Below are positions 9,380 to 18,889 of a stretch of DNA of 64,000 nt, one piece after another. A program made the translations under genes and the position numbers. Location: the NCBI GenBank assembly GCA_005223185.1, contig NJBN01000001.1:309210-373209 (forward strand), read 5' to 3'. The stretch's first letter is position 1; every line of letters starts with the position of its first letter. Below the pieces are notes generated by a model. That model ran no database searches and had not been told where the DNA came from. It worked only from the letters and a program-made list of their open reading frames with translations. The DNA is from a candidate division LCP-89 bacterium B3_LCP (GTDB taxonomy: Bacteria > Electryoneota > B3-LCP).

Positions 9380-10348
9380 ATGCCCCTGGTCTGTAATTAT
9401 TATTTGACCTATCGCTGCAATGCTCGCTGCACATTCTGCGATTTATGGCAGCACGAAAACAGGGATTTGGCTGATGCTTCTGATGTACTGGATAATCTAA
9501 AAACACTTCGGGCAGCAGGTGTGCGCATCGTAGATTTCACCGGTGGAGAGCCCTTGATGCATCCAGAACTGCCCATGTTTTTACGAGTCGCCCGAAAACA
9601 TGGACTGATGACGACAGTTACCACCAACGGAATCCTCTACCCCAAGTTGGCTGCAGAACTGCACGGTCTCATAAGCATTCTTCATATTTCCATTGACAGC
9701 ATGGATCCCATCGTACACGATAAGCTACGTGGGATTTCCTGTTATGATTTGGCAATCAAATCGGTGGAGACAGCGCTGTCCTCAGGTGAAAAACCCGATT
9801 TGCTCTTCACCGCAGGCAGGGATAACTATAAGGATGTAGTACCACTATCCGGGTACGCCCGCAGTAAAAATTTAGTGCTGATAGTCAATCCCATGTTTGA
9901 GGTAAATGGTGGTGAAGGGGCTTTAGGGCACGATGAGTTAGTGGAGTTAGAGAGACTTTGCCGCAAACCCAATGTGTATTTAAACGGCGGCGTTATAAGG
10001 ATCATGTTGGAAGGTGGCAACAACACGTTGAAACCGCGCTGCCGAGCCGTCTCATCGAGTATAGTGATATCGCCGGATAACGAGTTACTCCTGCCCTGTT
10101 TTCACCGGGCACAGGGTGCAGTATCGATAAATGGAAGTTTGAATCGTGCTCTGGCGAGTGCAGAGCGAATGAAATGGTTGCATCTGCAGGGGCGGGAAGA
10201 TATATGCCGCAATTGTACCATTAACTGTTACTTAGCACCTTCCCTTCCGTACCGCCTGGACCGGTACTTCGCTTCCTTCATCCCCTGGGGGGTTAAATAT
10301 CTATATTACCGTAACTTCCGCCTGAAACCAGCCGAAAGCAACGCATGA
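9380..10348 (+). CDS. radical SAM protein (paralog of 7256-8245) with SPASM/twitch-like C-terminus
   Basis: CxxxCxxC (YRCNARCTFCDLW) at about residue 10, GGEPLM, and C-terminal CRAVSSSIVISPDNELLLPC ... CRNCTINC. It has the same architecture as the other radical SAM gene. Confidence 0.75.
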   Translation: MPLVCNYYLTYRCNARCTFCDLWQHENRDLADASDVLDNLKTLRAAGVRIVDFTGGEPLMHPELPMFLRVARKHGLMTTVTTNGILYPKLAAELHGLISILHISIDSMDPIVHDKLRGISCYDLAIKSVETALSSGEKPDLLFTAGRDNYKDVVPLSGYARSKNLVLIVNPMFEVNGGEGALGHDELVELERLCRKPNVYLNGGVIRIMLEGGNNTLKPRCRAVSSSIVISPDNELLLPCFHRAQGAVSINGSLNRALASAERMKWLHLQGREDICRNCTINCYLAPSLPYRLDRYFASFIPWGVKYLYYRNFRLKPAESNA

Positions 10349-11925
10349 CACCGGTTGATCTTCCTCCTGAAATTTTACCCTTAGTGGTGATGTATCCTGA
10401 AGTACATTATCGCTTTCGCGCTCTTCCCATCAGTAGGTATTTTATCAGGCAGCCTGAAATCATCGCTGATGCTCCCCACAGAATAGAACCAGGTCAGCCC
10501 CTGCCGGTACTGTTAGTGATAAAAGATGCTGATAGATTCCCGGTCCTCCTGCAAGGAGTCAATCTGGATATTCAGGGGAAGGATACCTACTACACTCACC
10601 ATGTGAATTTCGGTCAGGAAATGGTTTCCACGCACTGGTGGCATCACATAGAATGGGTTGATCTTCCCGACGAAGCGCCCTGCGAATGGACAATCACCCC
10701 GACCTGGCGTATTCAGCTTCGGGGTAAATATCGTGCGGTAGGAACGGATAACTTAGCAGGTCTATCGCATAAGCCGCTGCAGGTTTTTCAGGCAAGCGAT
10801 CCGTTGCCTCGCAAAGAAGGCTGGGTTTTCGGGGATTTTCATGTTCATACTGCCTATACTGAAGATCAGATAGAGTTCGGAGCGCCGCTTCCGGCATACC
10901 CGGCTTTGGGAAAAGCCATGGGGTTATCCTTCGTATTCGCGTCAGATCATTCTTACGATTTAGATGACGTGCCGGGTTCTTTCACCGAAGCTGATCCCAA
11001 TCTGATCAGGTTTAAACAGATGCAGAGAGAAATCGTACAACTGAATGCTGAGAAGAGCGGAGAATTTGTATTCATCCCCGGTTACGAACTGAGCGCGGCT
11101 AATTCAAGGGGCAAGAACGTTCATCTTTTGTTAGTTAATCAGAAGGATTTTCTGCCGGGTTCTGGAGATTCGGCAGAACGCTGGCTGCACAGGAAGGCAG
11201 AATTAACCATTTCCGAAGCGCTGGCGCAGATGAAGAAGGAAACTCTGGCTGTGGCTGCTCATCCAAAAATGAAAGCGCCATTATTGGAGAGGCTGCTATT
11301 AGGCAGGGGTCATTGGGGGAAGTCTGATTTGGAACATGAATCACTGTTCGGATTGCAAGTCTGGAACGGCGGCAGCGGTAAGGATTTTCAGAGAGGACTG
11401 AAGATCTGGACAAAAGGACTACTGGAAGGTAAGCGATGGAAACTGTTAGCAGGAAGTGACGCGCACGGAAATTTCAACCGGTATAGACAGGTCGGTATCC
11501 CCATGCTCTACCTGACTGAATCCGATCGACAGTTGTTCGGAAAAGTCCGCACCGGAATACGAATCAGGGAAAGGTTAGATTTAGCCGGAATCATGTCCGC
11601 TCTACGGGAAGACCTAAGTTTAGTAACGGATGGCCCTTTCGCTGAGTTATCCCTTAAGAGAATAAATAACAACTCAATTAGCGTCAATATTGCCGCATCG
11701 AGCAGCTCAGAATTCGGGGAACTGGAAGTGGTTAAACTGTTTTGGGGAGCTGAAGGAGAACCGCAGGAGCGGATTCACCTTTGTCATGAAGATGTAGGTG
11801 GATATGATTTTAGTATAGAAACGGAGATTCCCAAACCGAAGGGCTACGTACGTATAGAGGTACAAACCAACAAAGGATGCCTCTGTTTAACCAACCCGGA
11901 GTTTATCGAGGTTCAGTCACAGTAA
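10345..11925 (+). CDS. PHP-domain metal-dependent phosphoesterase with C-terminal extension
   Basis: FGDFHVHTAYTED ... FASDHSYD ... AAHP ... GSDAHG match the His/Asp metal-ligand pattern of the PHP (polymerase/histidinol phosphatase) fold. The start overlaps the previous stop as ATGA. Confidence 0.6.
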   Translation: MTPVDLPPEILPLVVMYPEVHYRFRALPISRYFIRQPEIIADAPHRIEPGQPLPVLLVIKDADRFPVLLQGVNLDIQGKDTYYTHHVNFGQEMVSTHWWHHIEWVDLPDEAPCEWTITPTWRIQLRGKYRAVGTDNLAGLSHKPLQVFQASDPLPRKEGWVFGDFHVHTAYTEDQIEFGAPLPAYPALGKAMGLSFVFASDHSYDLDDVPGSFTEADPNLIRFKQMQREIVQLNAEKSGEFVFIPGYELSAANSRGKNVHLLLVNQKDFLPGSGDSAERWLHRKAELTISEALAQMKKETLAVAAHPKMKAPLLERLLLGRGHWGKSDLEHESLFGLQVWNGGSGKDFQRGLKIWTKGLLEGKRWKLLAGSDAHGNFNRYRQVGIPMLYLTESDRQLFGKVRTGIRIRERLDLAGIMSALREDLSLVTDGPFAELSLKRINNNSISVNIAASSSSEFGELEVVKLFWGAEGEPQERIHLCHEDVGGYDFSIETEIPKPKGYVRIEVQTNKGCLCLTNPEFIEVQSQ

Positions 11926-12421
11926 CTTTACTCTGCACCACCCATGCACCCCGGTAACCTCGTTTGACCGCCACCTGACGCAGCTTGTTCGCTTCGGTGC
12001 GCGTTAAGCAATCGCCAATACGGATCTTATAAATTGGTGAATCGAATATCAAGTAAACATTTTGGTCGAATTCGATTAAAGCTTTCTCTTCCACCGAACG
12101 TGCTTCGAATTCAACGTTTGTAGTGAAGAGTTGCACGCGGTATCCCGAAACTTCTACGGTTTCAAATGATACAGCAGTATCCCTCTCGCTTTCATTTATA
12201 GAGGCAGACGTCGAAGGTTTTGACTGGAGTTCCGATGGTGGCAGTGTGATGGTTTCATCATCTGGAAACTCAAGCGGATCGAAGCTCTCATCCTGAGGGA
12301 CGCGATTTATATCCTGTGGTGGAGATTCTTCCAATGTGGGTGGTGGAGTTGGTGCGCATCCGGCTTGCAGTAAGATTACTGCTAAGATGAGGAGGAGAGA
12401 TATTGAGTTTATTGCTTTCAT
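11903..12421 (-). CDS. SPOR-domain lipoprotein (peptidoglycan-binding)
   Basis: Signal peptide with lipobox LLQAGC, a Pro/Ser-rich linker, and a C-terminal SPOR-like fold (YRVQLFTT...EANKLRQVAVKRGYRGAWVV). Confidence 0.6.
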   Translation of the reverse strand: MKAINSISLLLILAVILLQAGCAPTPPPTLEESPPQDINRVPQDESFDPLEFPDDETITLPPSELQSKPSTSASINESERDTAVSFETVEVSGYRVQLFTTNVEFEARSVEEKALIEFDQNVYLIFDSPIYKIRIGDCLTRTEANKLRQVAVKRGYRGAWVVQSKVTVTEPR

Positions 12422-12450
12422 TTCAACTCTGGAATTTCTTTAAACCTTAT

Positions 12451-13233
12451 CTATATAACTTCATAAGCTTCTTTTAGTATCCATCCTCGCTTGCCGTCAG
12501 CCAGCCTGATCTCAGACCATTGGGCAACTTCCCTGAGAATTTCCATCTTTACACCTTCATGCAGGGCGAACAGCTTGGTAGCCTCAGCTTCTGGTGCGCT
12601 GCGGATTTCAACGTCCTTTATCATCACAATTGCTTCGGTGAGATTGTCCTGGTAGATTTTCTGTTGAACGAAGAAGGCCCCTGAAAGGACGAACACGGCG
12701 CCGAAAAATAGGAATCCTGTCAGCAATATTTTTCGCCAGCGAATTCTACGCACAGAATGTAATGCGATGAGACATACAGCTACCAGCCATTCAGTTAATA
12801 TGAACAATATTGACCATTCCTTCACCGATAACATAGAAGCAGCTTTGTTGAATAGAGTAATTAAGAAGAAGCGCGGCATCGGCTCAATGCGGTCGAAAAT
12901 GCGCATGTTGGCTAATTTCAGGTTAACGTTCAAGTCCGGATCGTTTCCTAAGTAGCGGCGAGCTCTTTCATAGTTCAAGATGGTATGCCCGTATTCTCCC
13001 TGCTTGTAATAACAGTTACCTAAGTTATAGAGGATTTCACCGTTGATGAATCCTCCAGCGATGATATCCTCATAAACAGTAGCGGCGGTATTGTAGTCAT
13101 TTTCACGATAGCTCTCTTCAGCTTCCGCATAGGCTATGTCCAAGCCGTGGGTTTGCGCTTTCAGGCTGAGAATGAAGATACACAAAAAGAAAAACAGGGA
13201 TAGAATGACGGCTAATCCTCTTCGCACAATCAC
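12451..13233 (-). CDS. batE: BatE-like protein (TPR plus TM plus C-terminal bacterial SH3 domain)
   Basis: Two TPR units (YNTAATVYEDI..., YNLGNCYYKQGEYGHTILNYERA), two TM helices, and a C-terminal SH3b-like segment (KRGWILKEAYEVI). It is the last gene of the Bat operon. Confidence 0.65.
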   Translation of the reverse strand: MIVRRGLAVILSLFFFLCIFILSLKAQTHGLDIAYAEAEESYRENDYNTAATVYEDIIAGGFINGEILYNLGNCYYKQGEYGHTILNYERARRYLGNDPDLNVNLKLANMRIFDRIEPMPRFFLITLFNKAASMLSVKEWSILFILTEWLVAVCLIALHSVRRIRWRKILLTGFLFFGAVFVLSGAFFVQQKIYQDNLTEAIVMIKDVEIRSAPEAEATKLFALHEGVKMEILREVAQWSEIRLADGKRGWILKEAYEVI

Positions 13234-15140
13234 AGTTTGTTCCCCCAGGTTTTTTCAATGCGATCCAAAACTATGTCAACCCGTTTCAATAATCTTCTTA
13301 GAACATCTTGATCTGTAACTTCCATAGCGAAACGCGCTGCATTGCATTCGTTGAAAATATCGTTTAGTGTCGTCATGATATCTTCCGGGACGTCGCGCTT
13401 TTTCAATTCTTTTAGCACATCATCTTCCATCAGCCCCGAAGCAGGAATAGCGAGTTTAGTGCTGAGGAAGTTCAGCAAAGTGTTGTGGATAGCTCCATAG
13501 GTTGCAGAGGCATTTGTGTCAGACGTTCTCTTCACCAGGGATTTTAACTTATCTTTCGATTTATGATAAATCCTGTGCTGTTGGCGCCGAACCTGAAGTG
13601 TGGGAGCGCCCAGCAAGCGTGCAGCCCACCATAAAATAACAATAATAAGCGGTGGAAGGGCAACGCCAACCCAATAAGCAAACGGCAGGTTTTGAGCAGA
13701 CCCGACCGCATACAAACGACCCGGAGTTTTCAGGTAACGTACATCCTTTGCCAGGAGTTTCACTTCTTCGCGGGATATTCCTGAAGGAGAGCCGTAATCA
13801 CCATCACCTGAACGCGTAACGGAGATTTCAAAGCCTCTTTCTTTTATAGTCTGGTAAGTTCCAGAGGACGGATTGAAGTAAGCAAAATTAATGGAGGGGA
13901 TAGCGCTTTTCCCCGGAATACGCGGTATAAGGACGTATTCGAAAGTCTTGGATCCGAAGATTTTGGCGCCAGATTTATTTATCTTAATAGATTCCTTCGG
14001 TTCGTATGCTTCGAAATCTGGTGGTACTGAAAAATCGGGCTGCGGTAAAAGCTTGATGTTTCCGGTGCCATTGAAGCGAACTGACATGGTGATCGCTTCA
14101 TTGGTGCTGACCTCGTCTCGGTCAATTTTGACTTCCATACTAAAATTACCGACGGCTCCCGAAAAATTACGGGGTTTACCCTCATCCGGTAGAGGTAGAA
14201 CAGTCAGTTTCAAGGGGTCGGTTTGGATGAAACGCTCTTCGGTTCTGTAACGGCTGAAAGGGCTGTCGAACATCATATCGAAGGGATCCTGGCGCCTTCT
14301 TGATTGCCGCTGCACCTGTACCTGGCAGGTGACTTCTAATGGATCGATGATCATTTCGCCCGGATGCGTGGAAAAGAGCGCTACTCGTCTGATTACTGCT
14401 TTTTTATAGTGTCTCCCCCCGATAACTTCGTCCTGAACAGCGGGTTGTTTAGACGAATCAAACTCTTCAGTCCAGAAACCCGGTGTAGCGGGGAGATGGC
14501 TGATTTCGTAAGCATTTACCGAGACACGTGTGTAAATAATATATGTCAGGATTACCTGTTCATTCTGGAAGATACGGTTCTTATCGGCTGTAACTCTGAC
14601 GAACAGTTCCGATGATTCCTTATCTGTGGTTTGGGGTAGAGGAGTGGTTCTTTTCGCGCTTCCTGGTGTTGTGGTTACAGTTCGACTTCCTACCTGTAGG
14701 AAAATCGGTTCTGTACTATAGATCTTCCCTTTATGAGTCAACCGTACGCTTTCGATTGTCAGCGTACCAGTACGCTTTGGTTTAAGGACGTATGACCAGG
14801 ACTTGATCAGAGAATAGTTGGTGTTGATAATCTGAAAGGTACTCGATTCGTTAGGACCGGAGATTATGCGGAAATCAGACAGTTCCGGCAGTTTGGGGTC
14901 GGATACCCTGGATACTGAGCCTTCCACCTGAAGCGTGAGTGTGAAGGTATCGGTGACGTCCAGCGCAGTACGATCGACAACAGCGGTAAAGGTAATGTCC
15001 GCGGCACAAGTTATACCTACCAGCAGAGATAGAAGGACAGCGACGGAGATGAATATCATCAGACGTTTATCAACTGTCCGATATGAAACAGATCTGCTAT
15101 TAATTGATTCTATCATTAACTCTGTTGTTTTACTTACCAA
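13230..15140 (-). CDS. batD: BatD-like protein (signal peptide, C-terminal TM plus cytoplasmic tail)
   Basis: 636 aa, an operon position between BatC and BatE, an internal signal peptide (MIFISVAVLLSLLVGITCAA, possible start at about 15059) and a TM helix near residue 500. The 4-nt overlap with batE fits coupling. Confidence 0.65.
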   Translation of the reverse strand: MVSKTTELMIESINSRSVSYRTVDKRLMIFISVAVLLSLLVGITCAADITFTAVVDRTALDVTDTFTLTLQVEGSVSRVSDPKLPELSDFRIISGPNESSTFQIINTNYSLIKSWSYVLKPKRTGTLTIESVRLTHKGKIYSTEPIFLQVGSRTVTTTPGSAKRTTPLPQTTDKESSELFVRVTADKNRIFQNEQVILTYIIYTRVSVNAYEISHLPATPGFWTEEFDSSKQPAVQDEVIGGRHYKKAVIRRVALFSTHPGEMIIDPLEVTCQVQVQRQSRRRQDPFDMMFDSPFSRYRTEERFIQTDPLKLTVLPLPDEGKPRNFSGAVGNFSMEVKIDRDEVSTNEAITMSVRFNGTGNIKLLPQPDFSVPPDFEAYEPKESIKINKSGAKIFGSKTFEYVLIPRIPGKSAIPSINFAYFNPSSGTYQTIKERGFEISVTRSGDGDYGSPSGISREEVKLLAKDVRYLKTPGRLYAVGSAQNLPFAYWVGVALPPLIIVILWWAARLLGAPTLQVRRQQHRIYHKSKDKLKSLVKRTSDTNASATYGAIHNTLLNFLSTKLAIPASGLMEDDVLKELKKRDVPEDIMTTLNDIFNECNAARFAMEVTDQDVLRRLLKRVDIVLDRIEKTWGNKL

Positions 15141-15874
15141 TCCTTGCCCTTACCTGAAGCAGCTGCCGGTTGTCGATGCAGATTTTCCTGCACCTCTTTT
15201 TCATCGGACTGCAGTGCGTTGAGCAAACGTTCAGCATCTTCTTTACTCATGGTTTCAGGCTGTGGCTGTTCTTGCTGTTGTGTGTCCTGTTGTTCTTCCG
15301 GGGTCTGTTCCTGTTGTGACTGTTGATCCTGTTGTTGTTCTTGCTGGTCTTGTTGCTGTTGATCCTGCTGATCTTGTTGCTGTTGTTCGTTCTGATCCTG
15401 ATTTTGTTGATCGTTCTGATCCTGTTGCTGTTGTTGCTGGGGAGGTGGATTTTCCAGCATGTGTAAAGCTAATTCCAGGTTGTGCAGGTAATCCCGCTGT
15501 CCGGAATTTAGCTTTAGAGCGGATTTATAGGCTTCCACAGCTTCCTGAATTTGCTGTGACCCGATTAAGGCATTACCTAAATTGTAAAGTGCGTCCGCTC
15601 TGACCAGGTTGTCGGAGCTTATCAGCGAATTCTGGAATGCTTGACCGGCTTCCGGGAACTTCTCCTGCGCGTGGAGGATGTTACCCAATCCGAAACTTAT
15701 TCTGGTGGTATCACCTTCCTGGCTCAAGGCATCCAGGTACTCCACCAGCGCATCGTTGTACTGCCCCTTTTCGTAAAGCTTATCTCCGGCGCGTACTTTG
15801 GATCGCCAGTTAGCCTGGCATAAAGTGGGCAACAGCAATAGAAGAGCTACAATATTTAAGATTTTTCCGTTCAT
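15134..15874 (-). CDS. batC: BatC-like TPR protein with long Gln/Asp-rich low-complexity C-terminal tail
   Basis: Signal peptide, three TPR units, then about 60 aa of Q/D/E repeats (QQQQQDQNDQQNQDQNEQQQQDQQDQQQQDQQEQQQDQQSQQEQ). Confidence 0.7.
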   Translation of the reverse strand: MNGKILNIVALLLLLPTLCQANWRSKVRAGDKLYEKGQYNDALVEYLDALSQEGDTTRISFGLGNILHAQEKFPEAGQAFQNSLISSDNLVRADALYNLGNALIGSQQIQEAVEAYKSALKLNSGQRDYLHNLELALHMLENPPPQQQQQQDQNDQQNQDQNEQQQQDQQDQQQQDQQEQQQDQQSQQEQTPEEQQDTQQQEQPQPETMSKEDAERLLNALQSDEKEVQENLHRQPAAASGKGKDW

Positions 15875-16911
15875 TTCGATTTGTCAGTTGAAAGTATGCG
15901 TAAAAAGCGCGGCAGACGCACCTTGCGGTCAGAAAGCAGGTGCTCTATTATTATCAACAGGATTGCCAATAAGATTATAGGTTGATAGCGATGTTCGTAT
16001 TGCGTGAATTGTCTTGACCCAAGTTCACCTTTCTCCAGTCCGGATATGGCTCCGATTATGGCATCCCAGGCGTCTTGACCACTGGTGCAGCGTTGATAGA
16101 CGCCGCCAGTTTCATCAGCAATTTGTTGCAGCATGTCTTCGCCCAGTCGTGTTACCACGACATTCCCGTCGCGGTCTTTTTGGAATTCGCCACTTTTGTC
16201 ACCCAGAGGAATAGGAACGCCTTGTGGTGAACCTATACCAACGGTATGTATGACGATCCCCAATTCCTTTGCCTTATCCAGCGCCTCAGTTACTTTCGAT
16301 TTGTGATCTTCACCGTCGGTTATCAATACAATCGACTTACCGGCAGGGCTATCTTCCGAAAAAGCCTGCAGGGAGGTGTTAATGGCGGCGGAGATGGAAG
16401 TCCCGGGCATTGAAATTAAGTTCGGCTCCAGGATATCCAGGAAGATTTCCGCGGCGCCGTAATCGAGGGTCAAGGGGCATTCGATGACAGCCTTACCCGC
16501 AAAGGCAACCAGAGCTACCCGGTCGCCTTCAAGCCGGTTCAGGAGACGTCGCATTTCGTGTTTGGCTTTTTCCAATCGCGAAGGCGCGACGTCCAGTGCC
16601 AGCATGGATTTGGATACGTCCACCGCCACTACTATGTCAATTCCTTCTCGCTTGATCTCCTCTATCTTAGTGCCTACCTGCGGATCAGCCAGAGCGATTA
16701 CAGCCAGTGTAAAACTCCCCACCAGCAGGGCGTCTTTGACATATTTTCGCCGTATCGATAAGTTGGGTGCGATGACGGATAACAGCGCTGAAGAAGCAAA
16801 ACTCTTCCGAAGTTTTTGGCTGATTCTACCTCTGTAGTAGTAGAGAAAGGCTACTAGAAGAGGTATCAACAGCAACAGGTAGAGGGCTTCGACGTTTCCC
16901 CAGCGGATCAT
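15871..16911 (-). CDS. batB: vWA-domain protein BatB-like
   Basis: N-terminal TMs, a vWA domain with the MIDAS motif DVSKSM ... T ... D, and a C-terminal TM. Confidence 0.8.
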   Translation of the reverse strand: MIRWGNVEALYLLLLIPLLVAFLYYYRGRISQKLRKSFASSALLSVIAPNLSIRRKYVKDALLVGSFTLAVIALADPQVGTKIEEIKREGIDIVVAVDVSKSMLALDVAPSRLEKAKHEMRRLLNRLEGDRVALVAFAGKAVIECPLTLDYGAAEIFLDILEPNLISMPGTSISAAINTSLQAFSEDSPAGKSIVLITDGEDHKSKVTEALDKAKELGIVIHTVGIGSPQGVPIPLGDKSGEFQKDRDGNVVVTRLGEDMLQQIADETGGVYQRCTSGQDAWDAIIGAISGLEKGELGSRQFTQYEHRYQPIILLAILLIIIEHLLSDRKVRLPRFLRILSTDKSK

Positions 16912-17915
16912 GGCATAGTCCTCAGTCGTGTCGCGGATAGGATGATTTCTATCAGAAGAAACAGTACCGCCCAGCCAATATAGGAAGCGAACAGTTCCGC
17001 CTTTTGCCGGTACTGATGAACTCTGATCTTACTCTTTTCCAACTTGTCTATTTCAGTATAGACGCGCCGAAGCGCTTGTGCATCGGTAGCCCGGAAGTAC
17101 TTTCCACCAGTCTGGTCAGCGATCTGCCGCAACAGCTCTTCATCGATTTCGACCTGCACCTGCTGGTATGAGGTTCTCCCCCACTGATCGCGGACGGGGT
17201 AGGGAGCTAACCCTTGAGTTCCCACCCCTATGGTGTAAACACGGATTCCCAGCACTTGAGCGGCGGATGATGCGGTCAAGGGATCGATCTCACCTCGGTT
17301 GTTCTGCCCGTCAGTCAGCAATATGAGAATGCGGGATTTCGCCTGGGATGCCCGTAAACGGTTGACACCGTTACCTATAGCCATGCCTATAGCCGTGCCA
17401 TCCTCAATCATGCCTTCGGTGACCATCTCAATCCTGATACGCTCAAGAAGCTGCTTTAACAGATCATAATCGAGGGTAAGAGGGCACTGGGTAAAACTCT
17501 GCCCGGCGAAAACCACCAAACCGATCTGATCCGAAGTACGCCCGTCTATGAATTCGGAGGCTACCTTTTTGGCGGCTTCTAAACGGTTTTTGGGACGGAA
17601 ATCCTCGGCTAACATGCTGGTGGAAATATCAAGCGCCAGCATTATGTCAATGCCTTCGGTTTCCGTATGCCGGCTTTGCAGTAATTTCTGTGGTCTGGCT
17701 AAAGCAATTATCAGTAATATTACCGCGGCTGCTCGGAGGAACTTCAGGATGTGCCTGAGCTTAGCGCCTTTTCCTCCGCCGGTCTTCTTAATCACACTAA
17801 GGCTGGGGAAGCGCACCGGGATTTTCCTTTTCTTCCCCCAGAGCAGACCTGCAATAACTGCTGCAGGTATCAGCAGGAGAAGCAGCAGCCAGAGCGGATC
17901 GTGAAACTCCGTCAC
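16908..17915 (-). CDS. batA: vWA-domain protein BatA-like
   Basis: TM helix, then a vWA domain (LALDISTSM...), then a C-terminal TM. It overlaps both neighbours by 4 nt. Confidence 0.8.
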   Translation of the reverse strand: MTEFHDPLWLLLLLLIPAAVIAGLLWGKKRKIPVRFPSLSVIKKTGGGKGAKLRHILKFLRAAAVILLIIALARPQKLLQSRHTETEGIDIMLALDISTSMLAEDFRPKNRLEAAKKVASEFIDGRTSDQIGLVVFAGQSFTQCPLTLDYDLLKQLLERIRIEMVTEGMIEDGTAIGMAIGNGVNRLRASQAKSRILILLTDGQNNRGEIDPLTASSAAQVLGIRVYTIGVGTQGLAPYPVRDQWGRTSYQQVQVEIDEELLRQIADQTGGKYFRATDAQALRRVYTEIDKLEKSKIRVHQYRQKAELFASYIGWAVLFLLIEIILSATRLRTMP

Positions 17916-18889
17916 GCTGCCTCCTCACCAGAGAGAAGTGGTTCAGGCGCCGGTTTAGTTTTTTCCACTAATGAATAGCCACGTTCTAAGCCCTTTTGAC
18001 AGGTTAAAGCGTTCGGTTGGTGCTTGGCGAACTTAGCTAAGTCCGCATCGTTAAGCATTGTGCCAAGCGCGTCGTAAAGTTCCTGGTTACCTAAACGCGG
18101 CTCTATGTCGCGCAGAAGTTGAAAACTGGTTGATTCCATTGCCGGCACATCGAAATGCGCTTCGATGTAAATCCGGATTATCTCACTGAGTGCGCTGTAG
18201 TACTCCTTTATTCTGCCTTCCTGATATAAGCGTTTATCGCGTAGTTCATCTAATGCTTCCAGAGCGATTTCATGGGCGGGGCGGGGTGGAGGCCCGGCTT
18301 GAATCTCTTCGGTCTGCCGTTTCCTGCGGCGGAGTAACCAGCGTATGAAGAAGAATATAAATACAGCAGCTATGGCTGCTGCGATCCAGGGTGCGATTTC
18401 GGCAAAGCTGTAGCCTAATTTCCGGGATCGGTTGGGCTGAAGGAGATGATGAGGCTGAGCTGTAGTATCCGCCAGAGCTTTGATGGAATCGGGTACTATA
18501 CCCTGAACGAATATCTGGTATGGTCTGGTAAAGGCTGTATCCGCGCTAACATTATCGTCCGGTTGCCAGCGGAACTGGATAGGCTCTATGATCTGATTGC
18601 CACCGCTATAGCAGGTGGTTTCCCATTCTAAAATCCAGCGCTGAATATTATTTTCTCTAACAACAGATATGGTATCTATCGGTGAAAGCAATTCAAGAGG
18701 CGCCAGTGCCTGACTCCATTCCGGAAGGATGAGTTGACCTCCCGCAGGCGCTTCGATCGCTATATGCATCGTAACCGGATCACCCACAACGATGGAATCG
18801 GCACTAAAGCTTAAATCAGCTTCAAAGACGGCTGCATTTAATGCTGAAGAAATAACAAGAGTTGCAAGTATTGTGAATAATCGTTTCAT
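17912..18889 (-). CDS. hypothetical membrane protein of the Bat operon (DUF4381-like position)
   Basis: Signal peptide, a single TM (IAPWIAAAIAAVFIFFFIRWLL) and a basic cytoplasmic tail. It occupies the conserved slot between DUF58 and BatA. Confidence 0.5.
   Translation of the reverse strand: MKRLFTILATLVISSALNAAVFEADLSFSADSIVVGDPVTMHIAIEAPAGGQLILPEWSQALAPLELLSPIDTISVVRENNIQRWILEWETTCYSGGNQIIEPIQFRWQPDDNVSADTAFTRPYQIFVQGIVPDSIKALADTTAQPHHLLQPNRSRKLGYSFAEIAPWIAAAIAAVFIFFFIRWLLRRRKRQTEEIQAGPPPRPAHEIALEALDELRDKRLYQEGRIKEYYSALSEIIRIYIEAHFDVPAMESTSFQLLRDIEPRLGNQELYDALGTMLNDADLAKFAKHQPNALTCQKGLERGYSLVEKTKPAPEPLLSGEEAA

Noticed and set aside
15144-15603. Antisense ORFs (60 and 113 aa, Cys/Val-rich) inside batC
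   Set aside because: They are produced by the reverse complement of the Gln/Asp codon repeat tract. They have low-complexity translations and no start context.
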